From: an uncultured archaeon
GTDB taxonomy: Archaea > Asgardarchaeota > Thorarchaeia > Thorarchaeales > Thorarchaeaceae
NCBI GenBank assembly: GCA_964558645.1
Contig: CAZLEV010000006.1
Span: 124,263-188,262, forward strand
Length of the DNA: 64,000 nucleotides
Direction: 5' to 3'
Shown: positions 57,512 to 64,000 of the stretch, piece after piece
Layout: each line of letters begins with the position of its first letter
Position numbering within the stretch: the stretch's first letter is position 1
Translations under genes and position numbers: made by a program
Notes under the pieces: generated by a model
What the model saw: the letters and a program-made list of their open reading frames with translations, nothing else
The model's database searches: none
What the model was told of the DNA's origin: nothing

Positions 57512-58177
57512 CTAATCTGATTTTTCAATCTGCTCTTTTATTGTTGCATGGATTGCTGACGCAAGGGCTTTGATTTCTTGTTCCTTGATACCCTCTGCAT
57601 CCTTGCTGAGAAGCGTTTCTAGTGACTCGATTACTTCAGACCCCGTTGCTTGTCTTTCAATGGCCTCATTTATGACGTTTCGAATCTCCTCAGTATAGTC
57701 AGCATCCGAATCAAGGTACTTCTGGACATACTCACGCGCTTGCTGTTCCGCATTTTCAGAACGTTCCAGTCCTCCGACTTCCGTCCACAGTTGGATCTCT
57801 TTTTCTGCAGTTTCTGGAGCATCAGATGCATGAGCAATATTGATTCCGGCAATCAGGCCGTACTTACCTCTGAGTGAGTCAGGTGATGCCTTTTCAACGA
57901 ACGTTGCGCCAAGAGCATCACGAACTCCCTGAATCACATCCTCGCCTTCAAGAATCATGACAAGCACTCGGCCAGATGTAATGAATTGAACCAGCCATGG
58001 AAAGAACGGTCGTTCTTTGTGCACATCATAGTGTTTCTTTGCCAGGTTCTCAGAAACTGTCATCTCCTTGAAAGCTTGGATTTTGTACCCCTTCTCAAGG
58101 AGAGTCTTGATAACTAGCGCGCCAACACTTCTCCGTAGAGTTCCATCAGGCTTGACTATAACAAGTGATTCTTCCAT
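57512..58177 (-). CDS. ndk: Nucleoside diphosphate kinase with C-terminal extension
   Basis: VKPDG, HY.VH...PFF, SLRG, NIAHASD. Confidence 0.93.
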   Translation of the reverse strand: MEESLVIVKPDGTLRRSVGALVIKTLLEKGYKIQAFKEMTVSENLAKKHYDVHKERPFFPWLVQFITSGRVLVMILEGEDVIQGVRDALGATFVEKASPDSLRGKYGLIAGINIAHASDAPETAEKEIQLWTEVGGLERSENAEQQAREYVQKYLDSDADYTEEIRNVINEAIERQATGSEVIESLETLLSKDAEGIKEQEIKALASAIHATIKEQIEKSD

Positions 58178-58352
58178 TGTTGTCACCGGAGTTTATCCGC
58201 CACCAATCGGTCTATCGAATATTGGTTATGGTGCCAGAATGCAGATTCTATTTTAGCGTTATGACAGCACTGTATCGAGATAGTAGCAATCTTAAAGCAA
58301 ACGACAGTTTCATAAACGTGCAGTTGGTGGCCGCAGGTAATCTTCTCATTAG

Positions 58353-60158
58353 GTGGTGACGGTGTCACACTCTCATTCAGGAAAGAACAGAAAACTACGT
58401 TCCCCTATTGTTACCGTTCTTGGTCACATAGACCATGGCAAGACATCATTACTTGACAAGATGCGGGGTACAGCTGTTCAAAGTAGAGAGGCGGCGGGGA
58501 TAACTCAACATATTGGAGCCTCATTCTTTCCAACTGCAACTATTGAATCAGTGTGCGGTGATTTGCTGAAGAGCATGACGACCGAGCTCAATATAGACGG
58601 CCTCCTCTTCATCGATACTCCTGGTCATGAGGCATACCTCAATTTAAGACGACGCGGTGGGTCAATTGCGGACATTGCCGTTCTTGTTGTTGACATTACC
58701 GAGGGGCCATTGACTCAGACCTATGAATCACTGAAGATTCTTCGTTCGGGCAAGACACCGTTTGTCGTAGCTGCGAACAAGCTCGATAAGATACCAGGTT
58801 GGCAGTCCAAACCTGACAAGAACTTGATTCCATCCATCAAAGCACAGTCTAAAGCAGTGCAGATGGAGATTGACAGAAGAATCTATGAGATAGTGGGCGC
58901 GCTTTCGGCAAATGAAATCATGTCTGAACGATTTGATCGAGTGAAAGACTTCAAGAGAAATGTGGCCATTGTTCCAACTAGCGCCATGACCGGAGAGGGT
59001 GTTCCCGAACTGCTGGTTGTTTTGTCCGGTCTAACTCAGCAGTATCTGAAAGAACGTCTGACGTATACTGAGGGGCCCGCAAGGGGAGCCATCTTGGAAG
59101 TACGTGAGGAAACGGGACTGGGAGTGACCCTTGATACCATCATCTATGATGGTGTATTGAAGAAGACCGATACGGTTGTGGTGGGCGGTCTAGAGGGGGT
59201 CATTGTGGCCAAGATAAGAGCGCTTCTTCAGCCAAAAGAACTCGATGAGATTCGCGACCCAAGAGAACGATTTGTCCCCGTCGATGAAGTCCATGCTGCA
59301 GCAGGTGTGAAGATCGTGTCTCCAGACATCGAAAAGGCTGTGGCAGGAGCTCCTGTCTATGCAGTGGATAACCCTGAGAATCTAGACGAGATTATTGAAA
59401 GAGTAAGAAAGGAAGTTGCAGCGATTCGAATTAAGAAAGACTCGTCCGGAGTCGTTCTCAAGACAGACACACTAGGCTCATTGGAAGCAGTGGCGCAATT
59501 CTTGCAGGAAAGAAAGGTACCTGTGCGTATCGCTGATGTCGGACCCATTGTGAAACGAGATATTGTTGAAGCGGCAGCTGCAGGAGACACAGACCCTCTC
59601 AATGCAGTGGTACTCGGTTTCAATGTTAAAGCATCCTCGGAGATGGAGGAACTTGCTGCAGAGTATGGTGTTGAGATATTCCTGAGCGACGTCATATATC
59701 GGCTATATGATGAATACAATGCATGGCTTATTGTTAAGAGAGAGCAAGCAAAGGCAGAATCACTGAGCAGCATCGTTCGCCCCGCCAAGATAGAGCTGAT
59801 TCCGGATTATATCTTCAGACAGAGTGGACCAGCAATCGTTGGTGTGAGGGTTCATGGCGTACTTCGACCGAAGGTCGGTCTCATCAATGAGGAGGGAAAA
59901 CGGGTGGGACGAGTACAGCAGATTCAAGATCGCAGTGTCACGATTGATGAGGCGACCAATGAGATGGAAGTAGCAGTTTCGATTCGTGGCCCGACAATAG
60001 GACGACAGGTGAAAAAGGATGAAACTCTGTACGTCGATGTGCCTGACAAGCACATATTGGCGATTAGAAAGAAGTTCAAAGAAGACTTGACACAGCCCGA
60101 ACTAGAGGTGTTAGAGGAGATTACCCAGATCAAACGGGCATCTGGAGCCTTCATCTAG
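58353..60158 (+). CDS. infB: Translation initiation factor aIF5B (IF-2)
   Basis: LRSPIVTVLGHIDHGKT, GITQHIGA, DTPGHE, NKLD, DTLGSLEA. Confidence 0.98.
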   Translation: MVTVSHSHSGKNRKLRSPIVTVLGHIDHGKTSLLDKMRGTAVQSREAAGITQHIGASFFPTATIESVCGDLLKSMTTELNIDGLLFIDTPGHEAYLNLRRRGGSIADIAVLVVDITEGPLTQTYESLKILRSGKTPFVVAANKLDKIPGWQSKPDKNLIPSIKAQSKAVQMEIDRRIYEIVGALSANEIMSERFDRVKDFKRNVAIVPTSAMTGEGVPELLVVLSGLTQQYLKERLTYTEGPARGAILEVREETGLGVTLDTIIYDGVLKKTDTVVVGGLEGVIVAKIRALLQPKELDEIRDPRERFVPVDEVHAAAGVKIVSPDIEKAVAGAPVYAVDNPENLDEIIERVRKEVAAIRIKKDSSGVVLKTDTLGSLEAVAQFLQERKVPVRIADVGPIVKRDIVEAAAAGDTDPLNAVVLGFNVKASSEMEELAAEYGVEIFLSDVIYRLYDEYNAWLIVKREQAKAESLSSIVRPAKIELIPDYIFRQSGPAIVGVRVHGVLRPKVGLINEEGKRVGRVQQIQDRSVTIDEATNEMEVAVSIRGPTIGRQVKKDETLYVDVPDKHILAIRKKFKEDLTQPELEVLEEITQIKRASGAFI

Positions 60159-60232
60159 TCGTGTTCTTCAGGACCTTGCGAGAAATATCATACGACGGAA
60201 TCCTTTTAGGCGAACCTAGCAAGTCTAGCAAT

Positions 60233-60545
60233 TGCAGCGGGCAGGGTGGGCCGTTTGCCGCGGCTGAAACCATAATGGCAATAATGGCACCAGTAACACC
60301 GCAGAGGCTGAACCCAGACTCTGGTGGTTTTCGCTGCGTGACGTTGATGGGCGGTCTCTGGAGTCCGTCACGGCCGAAGCAGCATTCGTAGGTCTGCTGT
60401 GATTGGCTTAGACGTCCGAACCGTGTCAGGCCCTGGCGGGAACAGCACTTAGGATGGGTGGTGGAGCCCCAGAGGTAGCCGCTCTGAGAAGCGCATCGAG
60501 TTCGCCATCAGCGAATGGACAGTCGAAGCTGTGTGAGCCGCTGCA
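60233..60545 (+). ncRNA. ffs: Signal recognition particle (7S) RNA
   Basis: ~313 nt bounded by TGCAGCGG/CCGCTGCA terminal helix; helix-8-like GTCAGG-CCC-TGGC-GGG-AACAGC. Confidence 0.85.
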
Positions 60546-60843
60546 CCTTATCTCGTCTGTTCTCAGGTTCTAGGAATCTTGAAAACGCCTTGATTTCCTT
60601 GTCATTTTGTCAGAAAAGAGTGTCAGATATATGTAAGATTTCCTCCTTGCTGACATGTAGTCTTGAACACTCTCAGGGGAGGGATGGAACGCAGAAGTCT
60701 CTTGCAGGTGACGTTCACTCACCAAACTGTAAGAAACAGATTATCTTCCTGATCTACTGCATTGGGCTGGCTCCCAGATGCATTCTAGGGGCATTCTTCT
60801 CACACAAACCTTTAAGAGAAAACCGGAGCCACGACAGATTCGA

Positions 60844-60990
60844 GCTGAGGTTTCCTAGCCTGGACTTTCATCTCTTTGAGATGGAAGGGGCAACAAGGAG
60901 CTGGCCTGCTATTCGTCTATGCATGAGGCAGGCGAGCTGTCAGTCAGTGCGGTTATCCGCGCGAGGGTTCGAATCCCTCCCTCAGCGCCA
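60844..60990 (+). tRNA. tRNA-Ser(GCT) with two 30-nt BHB introns (60864-60893 in D-loop; 60912-60941 at 37/38)
   Basis: GCTGAGG/CCTCAGC acceptor, G73+CCA, long variable arm GCGG-TTAT-CCGC, T arm; removing both inserts gives a normal cloverleaf. Confidence 0.93.
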
Positions 60991-61048
60991 TCTTTCCTAT
61001 TACGCTGCGAAGCATCTGTTCACCCCTTTTCTCCCCTTATAGGATAAC

Positions 61049-61462
61049 TTATCCTATGATGAGGCGGGCGTTGCATATTGGACACAGAACCACCTTGTCT
61101 AAAATAGGAGTCGCGTTTGCCAGTTCGAACGACATGCCGCAATCGGGGCAGCGATATTTTTCAAGCCCTTCGACATGTTCAGCCGGCAAGGCGTGATGAC
61201 GCATAGGTTCAAAGATCACCTCGTCTTCTGATGTATCACTAGAGATGGAATGACCTTGTGCCCACCTGAGTGCCATGTAAAGGAAGAGAACCACAGCTGG
61301 GACAAGGAGTATCGTGTAGAAGACCACGTCTTCGTACAGAACTGTGAGAGCTGTTACTAGAATCAGGATGGCCCCGAGTGTTAGCAAGAGGAAGAATACT
61401 ATCCAGCGAAGGGGAGATATCTTGTTGTGTCGTATGTCCTTGCGATAGTCGTCGTCCATCAT
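61049..61462 (-). CDS. Two-TM protein with C-terminal Zn ribbon
   Basis: Two hydrophobic helices; CPDCG...CPIC. Confidence 0.75.
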   Translation of the reverse strand: MMDDDYRKDIRHNKISPLRWIVFFLLLTLGAILILVTALTVLYEDVVFYTILLVPAVVLFLYMALRWAQGHSISSDTSEDEVIFEPMRHHALPAEHVEGLEKYRCPDCGMSFELANATPILDKVVLCPICNARLIIG

Positions 61463-61494
61463 GATGAGCACTGTAGAGATAAGTGGATTTCAGC

Positions 61495-61746
61495 CTACCG
61501 CATCGAAGAACCGAACCACTGGTCTTGATGGCTATCGACTCTGTTTCGAAGTAGTCGTGCAACTAGAAATACGGAGATAGCAAAAGCTCCTGCAAGGAGC
61601 AACAGAAGGACTGCGTTCAATCGCTGGTCAGGGATGAACAGAATAATGAAACCTGGAGAAACAAGTAGTGCGATGATCAGGAGTGTGAACACCAGCCGCA
61701 TGGGCTCTATGTTCTGTTCCTTATTGTTCCAAGCCTCTTCGCTCAT
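61495..61746 (-). CDS. Small two-TM membrane protein
   Basis: MSEEAWNN start; two hydrophobic helices. Confidence 0.6.
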   Translation of the reverse strand: MSEEAWNNKEQNIEPMRLVFTLLIIALLVSPGFIILFIPDQRLNAVLLLLLAGAFAISVFLVARLLRNRVDSHQDQWFGSSMR

Positions 61747-62022
61747 AATGCGATACCGGGTGAAGTTTGTTTGTGGCCGAATAAGACTGCTTCGAAGTGG
61801 TAAAGATATCTCAAAGAATCTGTGAAAGTGATATGTTTCTCGCCTCTCGTCACTTAGTGCGCCACGAAGACTCAATTGTCGGACTTGCCATTGCTCTCAG
61901 GAGGCTTGAATGGGCGTCAGAAGTCGTAGGAGTCCTGTGTGTATCTTCTGTCTATATCGAATATGAACCCAAAAAATGAAGGAACACGGGCCGAGCGGCC
62001 CGGTTCGGTGAACTATCTGCGT

Positions 62023-63378
62023 CTATTTCTTCTTGGCTGCGCCCATGTCTCTGGGAGTGACGTCAAGCACTACGCCCACAGCAACAGTCATACCCATGTC
62101 TCGCACTGCGAAACGTCCGAGCTGTGGAAGTTCCTTGTATTTCTCAATCACCATCGGCTTGAGTGGCACAAGTACCGCGTGCATCGACTCTCCCTTCTTG
62201 ATGAAATCGGGATTCTCCTCGATGACTTGGCCTGAGCGCTGGTCGAGTTTCTTGAGGAGCTTGTCGAATCGACATGCAATCTGTGCAGTATGCGCATGTA
62301 TGACTGGGGTGTAGCCCACAGTGATTGCAGTTGGATGCTGGATGACCATTACTTGACCTGTGTAGTCTGCAGCCACAGTCGGGGGTGCATCAACAGGACC
62401 AGCAACGTCGCCACGACCGAGGTCCTTTCGTTCAACACCACGGACGTTGAAACCGATGTTGTCACCGGGGACTGCTTCGGACATTTCCTCATGATGCATC
62501 TCGATGGTCTTGACCTCACCAGTCTTGTTTGGCGGCATGAACGTAATCTTTGAGCCTACTTTCAGGACACCGGTTTCAACACGACCAACTGGAACAGTAC
62601 CGACACCCTTGATAGAGTAGACGTCGTTGATTGGTACACGTAGGGGTTTGTCTATTGGCTTGGGAGGAAGTTCAACAGTGTCAAGTGCCTCCAGCAGGCT
62701 TGGGCCCTCGTACCATGGGGTCAGATCCGGCGTTTTCTCCTTCAGGTTGCATGCTGATAGCGCAGAAGTTGGGATGAAGTCCATCTGATCTGTCTTGTAG
62801 CCGATACTCTTCAGGAACCCACCGACCTCTTCTTTGACTTCATTGTACCTGTCCTGGCTGTATTCGACGCTATCATCGTCCATCTTGTTGATGCACACAA
62901 TGATGCTGGGGACACCAAGAGTCATGGCAAGGTATGCATGTTCCTTGGTCTGACCACCAGGCCCAACCCCGGCCTCAAATTCACCCTTCTTGGCTGAAAC
63001 AACCAAGAGAGCAACGTCTGCCTGAGATGCGCCCGTAATCATGTTCTTGATGAAGTCCTTGTGTCCGGGAGCGTCGATGATTGTGTAATTGTACCATGGC
63101 ATGTAAGCCAAGCCATGTTAGTACTTATCGGTCAGGAACTTGAAGAAGGCGATATCAATGGTGAGACCGCGCTCTCTCTCTTCCTTCAACCGATCCAATG
63201 CGAACGCCCACGCCCAAGATGGCCGACCGAGCTTTTCGGCTTCAGCCTTGTGCTGCTGGAATGTTCTCTCGTCTACGGCACCTGTTTCATAGAGTAACCG
63301 GCCTGTCATGGTGCTCTTCCCATGATCTACATGGCCGATTACCACCAGATTTAGGTGCTCCTTATCCTTTTTTGACAT
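62023..63378 (-). CDS. tuf: Translation elongation factor EF-1alpha, spliced: join(63378..63119, 63088..62023), 441 aa
   Basis: Exon 1 [19 protein letters not shown]; exon 2 [39 protein letters not shown]; same frame, separated by a 30-nt insert containing TAA. Confidence 0.93.
63089..63118 (-). other. Putative BHB-type mRNA intron in EF-1alpha
   Basis: GUAC-UA^A-CAUGGC-(11 nt)-GCCAUG-GUAC-AA^U: 4-bp central helix, 3-nt bulges, 6-bp intron stem. Confidence 0.88.
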
Positions 63379-63479
63379 TTTATTAAACACCACGTCATGT
63401 AGCATTTGTATTACTTGATGACCCACTTGGCCATCGGACTAACGAGGCCGCATAGGTACGGCAAACGGTCAGTAGTTAG

Positions 63480-63495
63480 GGTTTAAAGCTTTTGG
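63480..63495 (-). promoter_or_regulatory. BRE/TATA promoter of EF-1alpha gene
   Basis: CCAAAAGCTTTAAACC ~105 nt upstream of ATG; GTGGTG RBS-like motif before the start. Confidence 0.6.
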
Positions 63496-63550
63496 CATGA
63501 CTTGTGGTGGCGACTCTACTCAAGCCCATACACCTCTCTTATCCTGAAGA

Positions 63551-64000
63551 TTATGAATGCCCATTCCTAAGGGCACTCGCCTGCCTTCGTTTGTGGGGAA
63601 ACAAGCTGACAAAATGCAACCTAGACGAACTCCTTGGATAACTGAGTATCCGGTGCTCAGCAATCTGTCCCAGAGCCAAGTATATCTCCGTGGGACGGAC
63701 TGCGGAGAAGTTGGCATAGACACCGGGGAGATGCACAATGATCACATTCCTGAAGCCTGCGGTCACCGCCAGTTCACCCTCCTTAATGTGAAACAGTTTC
63801 TCGCACTTCATGCAGACCCATTCGTACCAGTGTTTCATGGAGTCAATGACCTTTCCTGGCGGAGCAAGGTTCTCTCTACTCTTGGGGTCCATATCGTGGC
63901 TGAGGTTGATGAAGACCCTCCGGGGGTCGTCTGGACTGACTGAGAACCATTTGTCCCTGTGCTGTGCGATAACGTGTTCCTGGCAGAGAAAAACGGGCAA
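63551..64000 (-). CDS. Hypothetical protein, 3' part (5' end outside window)
   Basis: Open frame from window edge with CQEH and CMKC motifs; no family recognised. Confidence 0.45.
   Translation of the reverse strand: MPVFLCQEHVIAQHRDKWFSVSPDDPRRVFINLSHDMDPKSRENLAPPGKVIDSMKHWYEWVCMKCEKLFHIKEGELAVTAGFRNVIIVHLPGVYANFSAVRPTEIYLALGQIAEHRILSYPRSSSRLHFVSLFPHKRRQASALRNGHS

Noticed and set aside
60161-61042. ORFs 60161-60391 and 60515-61042
   Set aside because: They overlap the SRP RNA and tRNA-Ser and have non-protein-like composition.
63118-63120. Stop-codon readthrough (Sec/Pyl) in EF-1alpha
   Set aside because: The codon is TAA, not TGA/TAG, and readthrough would leave a 10-residue insertion in a conserved beta strand.
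63091-63124. Insert as a MITE with GTAC target-site duplication and CATGGC inverted repeats
   Set aside because: Too short, and the inverted repeat is offset by exactly 3 nt on one side as in a BHB bulge. Precise DNA excision would give KYNY rather than the consensus-like KYYY. Not formally excluded as the evolutionary origin.
62023-63426. EF-1alpha as a pseudogene or two separate proteins (ORF track 63118-63426 and 62023-63111)
   Set aside because: The split falls inside the G domain, both halves are undegraded and in the same frame, and BHB-rule excision restores the consensus sequence.

Overview
Archaeal chromosomal segment, most likely from an Asgard archaeon (Thorarchaeota-like). This is inferred from PolD, archaeal r-protein operons and Elf1 occurring together with eukaryote-like STT3, OSTC/DC2-like and PAC4-like proteins and a small Ras/Arf-type GTPase. 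Bases ~1-12,100 look accessory: membrane, GNAT and TPR genes, a 1561-aa PD-(D/E)XK nuclease-like protein, and a 717-aa TnpB/Cas12f-like RuvC nuclease next to tRNA-Lys. The last three are bracketed by a 27/30-nt inverted repeat. The remainder is core housekeeping: C1/folate, N-glycosylation, replication/repair, the archaeal mevalonate pathway, translation, SRP RNA and tRNAs. Main discovery: the EF-1alpha gene is not a pseudogene. It is interrupted by a 30-nt insert (63089-63118) with an in-frame TAA that folds as an archaeal bulge-helix-bulge (BHB) splice substrate. Excision at the canonical tRNA-endonuclease positions restores the frame and the conserved K-Y-Y-x-T-I-I-D-A-P-G-H motif, which points to tRNA-type mRNA splicing of an essential translation factor. 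A tRNA-Ser(GCT) about 2.1 kb away carries two more BHB introns, also 30 nt each. All calls were made by eye; no database searches were run.
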